Positions 8,631 to 18,804 of a stretch of 64,000 nucleotides of DNA are shown piece after piece (the stretch's first letter is position 1; every line of letters starts with the position of its first letter). The stretch is from Eubacteriales bacterium. GTDB lineage: Bacteria > Bacillota > Clostridia > Oscillospirales > CAG-272. The position numbers and the translations under genes are program-made. Location of the stretch: contig JAZRFH010000010.1 in NCBI GenBank assembly GCA_045661245.1, forward strand, positions 18,098-82,097. Direction: 5' to 3'. The notes under the pieces were generated by a model. The model did not search any database and was not told the origin of the DNA. It was given only the letters and a program-made list of their open reading frames with translations.

Positions 8631-11051
8631 ATGGATAGGCAAAACACCAACACACAGGACGCTCGAGCAGAAAGACACGGACCTATACAAAGGGTAAAGA
8701 AAGAGCTTAAGGCGGCAATAAGCAAGCGGCAAGCAAATAAGCTTGAGCCCGCACTTGACCTATGCACCTTTCTTATAGCTCTTTTGTTTGCAAGGTGCCA
8801 TGCGGTTTTCGGCGCGCACCCTTTTTCGGTAGCCTTTATTTCAATTTTGCCATCAAGAGTATGGATAGCCGTGCTTGGCAGTGCCCTCGGTGCACTAACG
8901 CTCGGCAAGCAGGGGCTTATCTATGCTATGATTTCGGCAATCGTAGTTTTTTTACGGATTATCGTTTCAACGACCGACAAAAGAGAGGAAAACGCTCGGT
9001 CGCTGTTTTCGGAGAACCTCGCCCTCAGAGCCTCGGCCGCGCTTATCGGTGGGTTTATAGCCGCGGTTTACGAGTCGCTTTTGTCGGGTCTTTCTGAGGC
9101 AACCGTGCTTTTCGGAGTAAGTATGATATTACTCTCGCCCTTGGTTACCCTCGCTCTTTCGGGATTTTTTGATACGGGGGTGCAGGTTTTGCCGAAAATT
9201 TTATCCGATACGCCTATTTTCTCGCTAAGAGGCAAGACGGAAAAGGAAAAATACTCTCTGCTCTTTTTCCAGGCCTCGGCACTTATCTTTGCGTTTCTTA
9301 TATCCCTCTCGCTTGCTGAATACACTCTATTCGGCATAAACACCTCGTATATATTTGCAGGCGTATTAACGCTGGTTACAGCACGCAGATTCGGTGCATT
9401 GCGTGCCACCGCAATAGGCTTTGCATCAACGCTTGGGCTCTCAAGCGTTTACTCTGTTTCATTTGCCCTTATGGGTCTTGTAGCGGGTGTACTCTTCCCC
9501 GTAGGTATACCCTACGCCTTGGTTGCAGGCGGCATCACCCTCTCTGCCTGGTGTGCGTATGCCGGTGGCGTTGCGGGCTTTCTCTCGGTTTTCCCCGAAT
9601 ACTCTATTGCCGCACTTGCAGGCGCTCCGATACTTACAAGAATCAAAGGTGAATTAAGCGAGGAAAGGTTTGAGGAAGGCACAGCTACTGCCAAGGATAT
9701 GCTGGGCACTATGGCACTCTCCTACAAAAATCAATACTCAGGCAGGACCGAGGCACTTGAGGCGGCACTATCCGCCATATCGGTGGTGGTAAAGCGGCAA
9801 AGAGATAAGGACGGGCACCCGACAAGGGAAGAATACTGTGCCCTTATCGACCAGTGCGCAGAAAAATACTGTGCGCTATGCAGTGATACAGAGGTGTGCG
9901 AGGGCAACGAGCACATAGCCGGCGGAATAAAGGGCTTATGCGCGCAAAAGCTACTCTCGGGCATACCGATTACAGCACAGGATTTATCTACAAGAGGCGG
10001 TGACTGCACGCGTGAGGGAGAGCTTGCAAAAACGATTAACCGCGCGGCTGCAATTCTCGCAGAGGACAAGTACCGCAGCTATAAAAAGGACTCCTCGCCC
10101 GATATGATAAGCCTTATATCGCGCTTGATTGCCGAATCGAGAGCTATTGACACAGAGGAGCGGGCAACAAACGAGGAGCTTACAGAAAAGCTTCTGGGGA
10201 GCCTTGAGAGTGTAGAGATATTTAACGGCGCGGCAAGGGTTTTCGGTAAAAGGCGGCCCTACTTTATAGTGGCGTGTGAGGACGCAAGCGGGGAAAAGAT
10301 AAAATCAGACGCCTTACGCGCCCTTATAGAAAGCACCGCAGGCGTACGGCTTGACACGCCCGAGCTATACCGCAAGGGCAAGATGGCTCTTATGGCGGCA
10401 GGCGCGGCAAAGCGCTATTCTGCATCGTACGGCATCGTGGGTAAGGCAGGAGCTAAGGACACGGTTTCAGGCGACACCGCGCACGCACAGGTAAGCAACT
10501 ACGAGCATTATTACGCACTTTTATCTGACGGTATGGGCAGCGGTACAGAGGCGCGTGACACCTCGGAATTTGTATCCGACCTGCTTATGCGTGCACTTGA
10601 ATTTACCCCGTCGTACGAGGTGCTCCTAAAGCTTGTAAACAGGTTTGTCAGGGAGAGGTGCGAGGAATGCTCTGCCACGGTTGACCTCTTTACGCTTGAC
10701 CTGGTAAGCGGTACTGCGGCATTTATAAAAAGCGGTGCGGCACCCTCTTATATTAAGCGCGGCTCCTCACTCTTCCGCATCAAATCGCGCACGGCACCGC
10801 TTGGGCTTATGAAGGATACCCCCGCTGAGAAAATACGCGTAGATATACAAGGCGGCGACTATATAATTATGCTCTCTGACGGAGTGAGTCAGAACATCGA
10901 GGACGCGCCGTGGCTTATCGACCTATTATCAAGGCCGCCAAAGGAAGACCCCGAAAAATATGCAAAATGGATACTTGACTCTGCTATGCACCACTCCTTA
11001 CCAAACGACGATATGACTGTGCTGGTAACAAAAATTGAAGACGCAGAATAA
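8631..11051 (+). CDS. spoIIE: Stage II sporulation protein E (PP2C phosphatase)
   Basis: About 10 TM N-terminus; SGD, LSDGMGSG, SDG and DDMT PP2C motifs; 806 aa. Confidence 0.93.
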   Translation: MDRQNTNTQDARAERHGPIQRVKKELKAAISKRQANKLEPALDLCTFLIALLFARCHAVFGAHPFSVAFISILPSRVWIAVLGSALGALTLGKQGLIYAMISAIVVFLRIIVSTTDKREENARSLFSENLALRASAALIGGFIAAVYESLLSGLSEATVLFGVSMILLSPLVTLALSGFFDTGVQVLPKILSDTPIFSLRGKTEKEKYSLLFFQASALIFAFLISLSLAEYTLFGINTSYIFAGVLTLVTARRFGALRATAIGFASTLGLSSVYSVSFALMGLVAGVLFPVGIPYALVAGGITLSAWCAYAGGVAGFLSVFPEYSIAALAGAPILTRIKGELSEERFEEGTATAKDMLGTMALSYKNQYSGRTEALEAALSAISVVVKRQRDKDGHPTREEYCALIDQCAEKYCALCSDTEVCEGNEHIAGGIKGLCAQKLLSGIPITAQDLSTRGGDCTREGELAKTINRAAAILAEDKYRSYKKDSSPDMISLISRLIAESRAIDTEERATNEELTEKLLGSLESVEIFNGAARVFGKRRPYFIVACEDASGEKIKSDALRALIESTAGVRLDTPELYRKGKMALMAAGAAKRYSASYGIVGKAGAKDTVSGDTAHAQVSNYEHYYALLSDGMGSGTEARDTSEFVSDLLMRALEFTPSYEVLLKLVNRFVRERCEECSATVDLFTLDLVSGTAAFIKSGAAPSYIKRGSSLFRIKSRTAPLGLMKDTPAEKIRVDIQGGDYIIMLSDGVSQNIEDAPWLIDLLSRPPKEDPEKYAKWILDSAMHHSLPNDDMTVLVTKIEDAE

Positions 11052-11080
11052 CCAAAAATGTAAAGTGTAAGACTTCATTA

Positions 11081-11122
11081 AAAAAGAGAGAACATTACGT
11101 AAACCCGTTTTGCTCTCTCTTA
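11081..11122. terminator. Bidirectional terminator between spoIIE and htrA
   Basis: AAAAAGAGAGAACA...TGCTCTCTCTT. Confidence 0.6.
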
Positions 11123-11140
11123 TTTTGTTGCTTTAAAAAA

Positions 11141-12427
11141 TCAATCCCATTTTGTAAGGGCTTTCTCGGTTATATTAAGCGTTAGCTCCAGCTCCTCGCC
11201 GCCGCGAAGCACCGTAACCTTTACCAATGAGCCCACACGTGCGTTAAGCATACAGTCAACAACCTGGAATATTCTCGTTATCTCGTACTTAACCCCGTCA
11301 ACGCTTATCGACTTGATAATATCGCCCGTCTTCACAATACCGTCTGCAATTCCGCCGGCGGTAACGTCCTGCACCTTAACGTCCTCAAGCTTATGGATTT
11401 TACCCGTTTCGGTGTCGTACTTAGAGTAGCTTCTGCTTGCGGTTACGGTGATACCCACAAGACATCTGTAGGGTGTTTCGGCATTCTTGCCGTCGCAGTA
11501 GTAAAGTATATTGTCAGCGACGTATTTTACAACGTTAGATGGAATGGCGTAGCCGATGTTTTCACTATCAATCATTTTTGCGTTTACTATACCTATAAGC
11601 TCACCGCTCGAGTTAAACAAGCCGCCGCCGGAGTTACCGCTGTTTACAGGTGTATCGACTCGCATAACGCGCAGCTCTATCTCGCGCTGACCCGTAGGCA
11701 TAGTGAAATTAAGCAGCACGTACTCACTGTCTACGCTGACGTAGCCGACTGTTGCCGAAATGCCGTCGCCCTCGGGATTGCCTACCGCTATTGCCGTGTC
11801 AAGCACAGAAACAGCATTAGAATCAGCAAAGCTTACAGGTGCCGCGTTGCTCTCGGCAAGGATACGGCTGCCGCTTACCTTAAGCACGGCAAGGTCATAC
11901 TGCATAGAGCCGCCGACGTAGGTAGCGTCGATAGCGTAAGCGGCATTCTCCATACCGTAAAGGAAGAGCTTGATATCGTCACATATTTTATTTGCGGTGT
12001 TTGCCTCGTGATTATATACAACGTGGTGATTTGTAATTACGTACGCGTCGCCCGTGGTTTTATCAAGCTTATATATAATGCCCGAGCCTGCACTGTAGCT
12101 CTCGGTAGTAGTCGACTGACCAAAGCCCGATTGGCTTACCGTTCTGAACGTGCAGTAAACGCTTACAGCAGAAAGGAGCGCGCGGCTTGCAAGCGTGAGA
12201 TTCAGCTTTTCACCGCCCTCTATCGTAATATCGTAATTATCGCCGCCGTTGACGGTTACATTACCTATAAGCTTGTTATTAAGCATATCTTCAAGCTCTG
12301 ATTTAGTTACGTAATCGCCCTTATTGCCCTGCCCCAGCTGCATATACATACAAGAGGTGAGCATTGTTGACGATAAGAGAACAAGCACACAAAGAACTGC
12401 CGTCAAGGCCCTTTTGAATTTACTCAT
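11141..12427 (-). CDS. htrA: HtrA/DegP-family serine protease with PDZ domain
   Basis: TNHHV, DLAV, GNSGGG catalytic triad; C-terminal PDZ; signal/lipoprotein N-terminus. Confidence 0.88.
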   Translation of the reverse strand: MSKFKRALTAVLCVLVLLSSTMLTSCMYMQLGQGNKGDYVTKSELEDMLNNKLIGNVTVNGGDNYDITIEGGEKLNLTLASRALLSAVSVYCTFRTVSQSGFGQSTTTESYSAGSGIIYKLDKTTGDAYVITNHHVVYNHEANTANKICDDIKLFLYGMENAAYAIDATYVGGSMQYDLAVLKVSGSRILAESNAAPVSFADSNAVSVLDTAIAVGNPEGDGISATVGYVSVDSEYVLLNFTMPTGQREIELRVMRVDTPVNSGNSGGGLFNSSGELIGIVNAKMIDSENIGYAIPSNVVKYVADNILYYCDGKNAETPYRCLVGITVTASRSYSKYDTETGKIHKLEDVKVQDVTAGGIADGIVKTGDIIKSISVDGVKYEITRIFQVVDCMLNARVGSLVKVTVLRGGEELELTLNITEKALTKWD

Positions 12428-12499
12428 AAATCCTCCATCATTTGAGAGATAAGACCATTTTACACAAAAAATATGACCTTACTGTTACAAAAGAATTAT

Positions 12500-13615
12500 C
12501 TAGTTTTTAAAATACTGGTAAAGGTAACACGGCAGCATTCCGTTATAAAGCTTTTTGACCTTATCTGCGCGCTTGCCGTAAAGACGCTCAAATCCCTCGT
12601 GCGAGGTAATAACGTAGACCTGCCAAGGGCTTAGCGAGCGAAAATGAACGCCTATATCCCTATAAAGCGCCTCTACCTCTTTAACAGTGCCCAGGCGCTC
12701 ACCGTACGGGGGATTGGTGACTATCGTACCCCTGCGGCCGATGGCGGAGATATACCGCGCGTCCTTTTCAAAAACACGCATAGAATTTAACACGCCTGCC
12801 CTGTATGCGTTTGCCTTGGTAAGCTCAACACAGTCCTTATCTATATCGGTGGCGAACGCCTCAAAGTCGGACGGTGTGATTTTCTCATGCGCCTCTTCGC
12901 GCGCATCTCTCCATATATTCTCCTTGATAAACGGGAACTGCTCTGCGGCAAAATGCCTCTTCATTCCCGGTGCAATATTACGCATCAGCATAGCCGCCTC
13001 AATGGCAATCGTGCCGCTGCCGCACATCGGGTCCCAGAACAAAACGTTCTCACGCGGACGGGATACTGCCGCTATTGCCGCAGCCAGAGTTTCACGTATA
13101 GGCGCAAGATTTGCCTCCTTGCGGTAGCCGCGCTTGTGAAGTGGAACGCCCGAGGTATCAATCATAAGGGTGGCCTCGTCTTTAAAAATAAAGAACTCTA
13201 TTTGATACTTTATGCCGTCCTCGGAAAAATATGTGATGCCGTATTTATCCGACATACTGTCTACCACCGCTTTTTTAACGATTGACTGGCAGTCGGGTAT
13301 GGAATGTAGGAGTGATTTTATCGCGTGACCCTTTACGGGAAAGGCGTCGTGACTGCCGATAAACTCACTCCACGGCAAAGCACGCGTGCCGCGATAAAGC
13401 TCGTCAAAGGTAGATGCGGGGAACGAGCCGAGAGAAATATAAACGCGCTCGGCATATCTTAAAAAGACGTTTGAGAGAGCCACCGCCTCGGCATCACCCA
13501 AAAAGGTAACTCTGCCGTCTATCGTTTTGATTTTTTCGTAGCCCAAAGCCTCGATTTCTTCTCCGAGCATATGCTCAAGTCCGAAAAGGCAGGTAGCAAC
13601 TAAAGTTAATTTCAT
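12500..13615 (-). CDS. THUMP-domain rRNA m2G methyltransferase (RlmL/YpsC-like)
   Basis: LHKRGYR, APIRETLAA, DPMCGSGT, NPPYGERL. Confidence 0.9.
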   Translation of the reverse strand: MKLTLVATCLFGLEHMLGEEIEALGYEKIKTIDGRVTFLGDAEAVALSNVFLRYAERVYISLGSFPASTFDELYRGTRALPWSEFIGSHDAFPVKGHAIKSLLHSIPDCQSIVKKAVVDSMSDKYGITYFSEDGIKYQIEFFIFKDEATLMIDTSGVPLHKRGYRKEANLAPIRETLAAAIAAVSRPRENVLFWDPMCGSGTIAIEAAMLMRNIAPGMKRHFAAEQFPFIKENIWRDAREEAHEKITPSDFEAFATDIDKDCVELTKANAYRAGVLNSMRVFEKDARYISAIGRRGTIVTNPPYGERLGTVKEVEALYRDIGVHFRSLSPWQVYVITSHEGFERLYGKRADKVKKLYNGMLPCYLYQYFKN

Positions 13616-13665
13616 ATTTATTCCTTACCAATAAGGGCCGAGCTATAAGCCCAGCCCCGTGTAAA

Positions 13666-14511
13666 TTATTTATCCTTGGGTATATATTTTTCAAATATTA
13701 CGCTGTCAAAGCCGTTTTGCCTTGCCAGCACCTCGTCCTCTTCACTTCTGACAGTCCACGCAAAGGTAGGCGTGCGGAAGATAAAGCGAATAAGTCTGAG
13801 AGCGAGCACTCCGCTATCGGTATGACGGTACGCGATAAAATCAGGGCGAAAAAGAAAGTTCGTTCTCAGCCTTTCAAGAAATCTGTAGAGCACCTTGCCG
13901 CGATACTCCTCTTCTTTCATATACGCCATAGAGAGAATGCCGAGAGGGATATCCCTGCGAGCGCGTCTTACAGTACGCAAGGCCTTGGGGTTAAAGCTCT
14001 CAACGATGTATTCGCCGCTGTAGCCCTCTATCTCCTCTAGGAATTTTTCCGCAACTCCGCTCTCGTCAGTGCCATTCTTAATTTCAATAAGCAGGGGTAC
14101 CTTGCCGGAAACAAGCTCCAACACTTCACGAAAGGTCGGCACAGTATCGTCTGTACCGAGGAGCTTAAGCTCACGAAGCTCGGAGAGGTCAAGGTCAATA
14201 ACTTTTTTATCAACGTCTGCAACCCGAGTTAGCGTAGGGTCGTGAAAAACCACCAGCTCACCCGATTTGCAAAGCCTTATATCAAGTTCAATACCGTAGC
14301 CTGCATCAACTGCTTTAGCAAAAGCAGTCATAGAGTTTTCTGCAACGCCGTCTGTGTGTAAGCCCCTGTGCGCAAAGCGCACGGACCTATATTTTTTATT
14401 GCACCTCGTGGGAATACTCGGTGCAGTGAGAAAAAGCCAGACCGCAAATACAAGCAAAGCCACACCAAAAGCCGAAAGTATAGAGATAAGAGCAATTTGA
14501 GGTGCGGACAT
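13666..14511 (-). CDS. Glycerophosphodiester phosphodiesterase
   Basis: AHRG, ENS, GIELD, VFHD, IEIK motifs; N-terminal TM. Confidence 0.9.
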   Translation of the reverse strand: MSAPQIALISILSAFGVALLVFAVWLFLTAPSIPTRCNKKYRSVRFAHRGLHTDGVAENSMTAFAKAVDAGYGIELDIRLCKSGELVVFHDPTLTRVADVDKKVIDLDLSELRELKLLGTDDTVPTFREVLELVSGKVPLLIEIKNGTDESGVAEKFLEEIEGYSGEYIVESFNPKALRTVRRARRDIPLGILSMAYMKEEEYRGKVLYRFLERLRTNFLFRPDFIAYRHTDSGVLALRLIRFIFRTPTFAWTVRSEEDEVLARQNGFDSVIFEKYIPKDK

Positions 14512-14513
14512 TC

Positions 14514-15800
14514 TTATTCCTCCGCCCCTGCGAGGCTTTCAAGAGCACCGCGCTTTTCGGGCTTTGAGTCACCGTGCTTAACAAACAGCATTGTTACGAA
14601 CGATAACCCTGCAAACACTGCCGCATAGGGGAAGAAAACTCCCCAGCCGAACGCCGAAACAAGAGCACCCGAGAAAACAGGGGTAATAATCTGCGCCGCC
14701 ATTGACGCAGTATAGTAGTAGCCCGTATATTTACCGACGTCGCCTGCCTTTGCAAGCTCAACCGCCATCGGGAACGAGTTTACGTTTATAGTTGCCCAGC
14801 CGATGCCCGCAAGAGCAAATATCGGGAACATATAAATTTCGCTCTTAACCTCTTTTAAGAAAATGCCGACCGTAAAAGCCGCGGTAAGCATTACAACACC
14901 TGCAAGTATACTCTTTTTTCTGCCGATTTTAGAGGAAATGATACCTACGGGTATGTAAGCAACGACAGCAGCTGCCTGCGCGACTATAAGAGTTGTGTTG
15001 AAATCAACTCTCAAAACCTCTTCTGCATAAACCGAGTATTTACTTGTTACCGCGTTATATCCGGTATACCAGAGTGCAACCGATGCAAGAATAAGAATAA
15101 GTGATATAAATTCGCCTTTTGTAAGCTTTCTCTTCTCTGCTACAGCCTCGCCCTCAGGCTTATCAAGGCCAAGCCTTTCACTCTCCACTTGCATCTCTCG
15201 CGCCCAGCGTGGCTCGTTAACGAAGAGGAGAAATACTATAAGACCGATAACCATAAGAATACCGATAGCCGCGGTATATGCGGAGAAATCGGTTTTACCT
15301 ACCGCACCGGTATTAAACACGATACCGAGAGCAAGAACGATAATACCGCCTGCAGTGCCCATAAGATTTATAATTGCATTACCCTTTGAGCGCAGTGGCT
15401 TTAAGGTAACGTCGGGCATAAGCGCAACTGCGGGTGAACGGAAGATTGACATTGATACAAGCGTGAGCAAAAGCACCGCCACAAACAGAATAAGCATACC
15501 GCGGTTGTCTATAAGACCGAGCAGGACAAAGAAGATTGCCGCGAGAATAGTACCTACGAGAATAAAGGGCGTGCGCTTACCCGTCTTAAATGTCATTTTA
15601 TCCGAAAGCGAGCCAAAAAACGGGAGCATAAAGAGAGCAAAAACGTTATCGAGCGACATAATGATACCCGACGCCCACTGCTCCATATGGAATAAATTCG
15701 TCAGAATTTTCGGCACTATTGCATCATACGCGCCCCAAAAAGCGGTAATTACAAAAAATGCAAAGCCGACAAGAATTGTTCTTTTATAGTTCAGCTTCAT
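14514..15800 (-). CDS. MFS transporter (sugar/glycoside type)
   Basis: About 12 TM; GSLSDK...GKRTPFI loop. Confidence 0.88.
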   Translation of the reverse strand: MKLNYKRTILVGFAFFVITAFWGAYDAIVPKILTNLFHMEQWASGIIMSLDNVFALFMLPFFGSLSDKMTFKTGKRTPFILVGTILAAIFFVLLGLIDNRGMLILFVAVLLLTLVSMSIFRSPAVALMPDVTLKPLRSKGNAIINLMGTAGGIIVLALGIVFNTGAVGKTDFSAYTAAIGILMVIGLIVFLLFVNEPRWAREMQVESERLGLDKPEGEAVAEKRKLTKGEFISLILILASVALWYTGYNAVTSKYSVYAEEVLRVDFNTTLIVAQAAAVVAYIPVGIISSKIGRKKSILAGVVMLTAAFTVGIFLKEVKSEIYMFPIFALAGIGWATINVNSFPMAVELAKAGDVGKYTGYYYTASMAAQIITPVFSGALVSAFGWGVFFPYAAVFAGLSFVTMLFVKHGDSKPEKRGALESLAGAEE

Positions 15801-15926
15801 AACATACCTCATAATAGTAATGTACAAGTGTAATTGTAGCACAATTCGTTTTGCTTGTCAATTATAAAGTAAGATTGACTTTTTACTTAAAGTATAGTAG
15901 AATATAAAAAAGAAAGGGGGGCGCGT

Positions 15927-16826
15927 ATGCAGATAATTGAATACCGCGGTATAGGCAGTGCCGCTTGTGAAGATAACCTATGCTGTGCCCTCGGTTTTTT
16001 TGACGGAGTGCACGCAGGGCACCGCCACCTGCTCTCAGAGTGTATAAAAGAAGCAAGAAAGAGGGGGCTTACACCTGCAGCTTTCACATTTCGCGCTGAG
16101 GACACCATGCTCAGCAAAAGCTCCCAAAGGCTATATACAACTGCAGAAAAGACAGAGATTTTTAAAGAATTAGGCATAGAGGTCCTGATAATTGCCGACT
16201 TTGAGAGTGTGCGAGGGCTTTGCCCCGAGAATTTTGTTCGCGACGTGCTGATAGGCGAGCTTGGCTGTAGAATTGCTATTTCGGGAGAGGGATTCCGTTT
16301 TGGCAAGAATGCGATAGGCGACACGCAGACGCTTAAGATGCTTATGGGGAAAAACGGCTGTACGGGAATTGTTGTGCCTGACTTGAAAATAGACGGAGCT
16401 ACAGTATCTTCGACCAAAATCAAAGAGGCTCTTAAAAATGGTGATGTAAAGCAAGCAAATACTCTGCTTGGCGCACCTTATTTTATTAAAGGCAGGGTTA
16501 AGCACGGACGAGGGGTCGGGCATATCTACGGTTTTCCCACCCTGAATACGGACTTGCCCGAGAACACTGTTTTAAAGGGCGGAGTTTACCGCTCGGAGAT
16601 TGTTATTGGTGATAAACGCTACGTCGCACTAACAAATATCGGCACTTGCCCGACGTTTAACCTATCAGAGATTCACGCTGAAACCATGGTGTTGGGTTTT
16701 GAGGGTGATTTATACGGAGAAGAGGTAAAAATAAGCCTTACCGATTTTATAAGGGGCGAGAGAAAATTTGACACGCCTGAGGACTTAAAGGCTCAGATTG
16801 AGCGCGATGTGAAAGGATTGGAGTAA
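15927..16826 (+). CDS. ribF: Bifunctional riboflavin kinase/FAD synthetase
   Basis: GFFDGVHAGH, VSSTKI, GFPTLN, NIGTCPTF. Confidence 0.95.
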   Translation: MQIIEYRGIGSAACEDNLCCALGFFDGVHAGHRHLLSECIKEARKRGLTPAAFTFRAEDTMLSKSSQRLYTTAEKTEIFKELGIEVLIIADFESVRGLCPENFVRDVLIGELGCRIAISGEGFRFGKNAIGDTQTLKMLMGKNGCTGIVVPDLKIDGATVSSTKIKEALKNGDVKQANTLLGAPYFIKGRVKHGRGVGHIYGFPTLNTDLPENTVLKGGVYRSEIVIGDKRYVALTNIGTCPTFNLSEIHAETMVLGFEGDLYGEEVKISLTDFIRGERKFDTPEDLKAQIERDVKGLE

Positions 16827-16828
16827 AA

Positions 16829-17743
16829 ATGGCAGGAGCATGGACAAAGCTTACCGTTACGGGCAAAACGCGTGACCTTGACGAAATATGCGCGGTTATG
16901 AGTATGCTTGATAACGGACTTATGATAGAGGACTACAGCGATTTTTCGCTCAACGGAATGTATGGAGAGCTCGTTGACGAGGCAATACTGAACGCCGACC
17001 GCGAAACGGTTAAGGTATCTATATTCGTTCCCGAGGAGAAAAACCTTGAGGAGTACATAGCATTTTTAAGAGAGAGGCTTTGTGCGCTTGAAATAAATGC
17101 CGATATATCGCTTGAGGGGCTTAACGAAGAGGATTGGTCCGAGAGCTGGAAGCAATATTACAAGCCCGTACCCCTCGGCAGAATTACGGTTGTGCCTGCC
17201 TGGGAAAAATACGAGGCCAAGGACGGCGAGGTTATCGTGAGAATGGACCCGGGTATGGCATTCGGCACGGGCACGCACGAAACCACGCGCCTTGTAATCA
17301 AAATTTTGCAGGACGAAAAGCTTGAAGGTAAGCGTGTGCTGGACGTTGGCACGGGCTCGGGTATACTTTCGATATGCGCCTCAAAGCTCGGAGCTCTGGA
17401 ATGCTACGCATACGACATTGACCCCGTGGCGGTTAAGGTAGCGCGCGACAATTGCCTCTCTGACGGCTGTACGAACATTACCGTCGGCGTATCCGACCTT
17501 TTAAGGAACGTTGACACCTCGGGCGGCAAATTTGATATTTGCGTTGCCAACATAGTTTCTGATATTATTATCCGCATGATGCCCGATATTGCCGAGTATC
17601 TTGCACCGCAGGCGCCTCTTATTCTCTCCGGAATTATCGGGCAGAGAAGCGACGAGGTTAAGAGTGCGGTGCTGAAAGCGGGCTTCAAAATTGAGCGCGA
17701 GGAGTGGGAAAACGACTGGGTTGCCCTGCTCTGCCGCAGTTAG
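16829..17743 (+). CDS. prmA: Ribosomal protein L11 methyltransferase
   Basis: DPGMAFGTGTHETT, LDVGTGSGIL. Confidence 0.96.
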   Translation: MAGAWTKLTVTGKTRDLDEICAVMSMLDNGLMIEDYSDFSLNGMYGELVDEAILNADRETVKVSIFVPEEKNLEEYIAFLRERLCALEINADISLEGLNEEDWSESWKQYYKPVPLGRITVVPAWEKYEAKDGEVIVRMDPGMAFGTGTHETTRLVIKILQDEKLEGKRVLDVGTGSGILSICASKLGALECYAYDIDPVAVKVARDNCLSDGCTNITVGVSDLLRNVDTSGGKFDICVANIVSDIIIRMMPDIAEYLAPQAPLILSGIIGQRSDEVKSAVLKAGFKIEREEWENDWVALLCRS

Positions 17744-17752
17744 GAGATTATT

Positions 17753-18493
17753 ATGCCGAGATTTTTCGTCTTGCCCACCGACATAGACAGAGAAAACAAA
17801 ACCGCCGCCCTTTACGGCGACGACGCAAGACATATAGCGCGCTCGCTTCGAATGGCTGTAGGCGACCTTATTACGCTTTGCGACGGCGAGGGCACCGAAT
17901 ACACCGCGCGGCTTACCAGAATACGCGACGAGGAATGCTTACTGTCACTTGAAAAGGAATCCCTCTCGGAAGCAGAGCCTCTGGCAGAGATTACTCTGTT
18001 TATGGCTTACCCCAAGGCAGACAAGCTTGAAACAGTTGTACAAAAGGCCGTAGAGCTTGGCTGTACAAGGATAGTTCCTTTTATCTCCGAAAGATGCATA
18101 AAGCGCCCGAATGACGAAAAGAAGGATAAGCAAACCGCGCGTTTATTAAGAATTGCACACGAGGCTGCAAAGCAGTGCGGCAGAGGCAGATTGCCTGCGG
18201 TTGAGAATGCAATAAGCTTTGACGAGTTACTTAAAAGAATTCCCGATTACACTCTCACTCTCTTTTGCTACGAGGGCGAGGGCACAGAGCCTATAAAGAA
18301 CGTGTTAAACCCGAAAGCTACATATAAGACGATTGCCGTTATAGTTGGTTCTGAGGGTGGCTTTTCAGAAAATGAGGCGCAGAAAATTTGCTCTAACGGT
18401 AGTACTGCCGTAGGTCTTGGCAAGAGAATTTTGCGCTGTGAGACCGCGCCCACCGTATGCTTATCTATGATTTGCTACGCGCTTGAGCTTTAA
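17753..18493 (+). CDS. rsmE: 16S rRNA m3U1498 methyltransferase
   Basis: MPRFF, QKAVELG, EAAKQCGR, GSEGGF, LGKRILRCETA. Confidence 0.96.
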   Translation: MPRFFVLPTDIDRENKTAALYGDDARHIARSLRMAVGDLITLCDGEGTEYTARLTRIRDEECLLSLEKESLSEAEPLAEITLFMAYPKADKLETVVQKAVELGCTRIVPFISERCIKRPNDEKKDKQTARLLRIAHEAAKQCGRGRLPAVENAISFDELLKRIPDYTLTLFCYEGEGTEPIKNVLNPKATYKTIAVIVGSEGGFSENEAQKICSNGSTAVGLGKRILRCETAPTVCLSMICYALEL

Positions 18494-18661
18494 ATCACAG
18501 CATCGAAAAAACGCGAAAAACTGCCGATTAAGTGCCATTTTTGTGCCTGTATCGGCTTTTTTCACGCAGGTATCAGCAATATGCCTCGATATCTTAGTAG
18601 GATATTACACAAATATTTAAAGAGCTTTTTGTATATTTTATGAATTTTTTCTAAAAAACTA

Positions 18662-18780
18662 TTGAAATTTATCTAAAAATCATTTACAATATAGTACAGT
18701 ATTAACAAATAAAGCACAGTATTAACAAATACACGCGGTAGCGCGGGATTTTTGCGTCCCCCAGCCCCGTTTTTTATTTA
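18662..18780 (+). promoter_or_regulatory. Promoter and structured leader of the CdaR-family gene
   Basis: TTGAAA-N17-TACAAT, then ACAGTATTAACAAATA twice (18696, 18716), then a GC-rich hairpin with T-tract. Confidence 0.55.
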
Positions 18781-18804
18781 TATCTGAAAGGATAGGTTAA
18801 GACA

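Noticed and set aside
11393-12301. 302-aa plus-strand ORF and similar long antisense ORFs (5224-6000, 1705-2412, 7673-8359)
   Set aside because: Shadows of well-supported genes on the opposite strand, with no recognisable motifs
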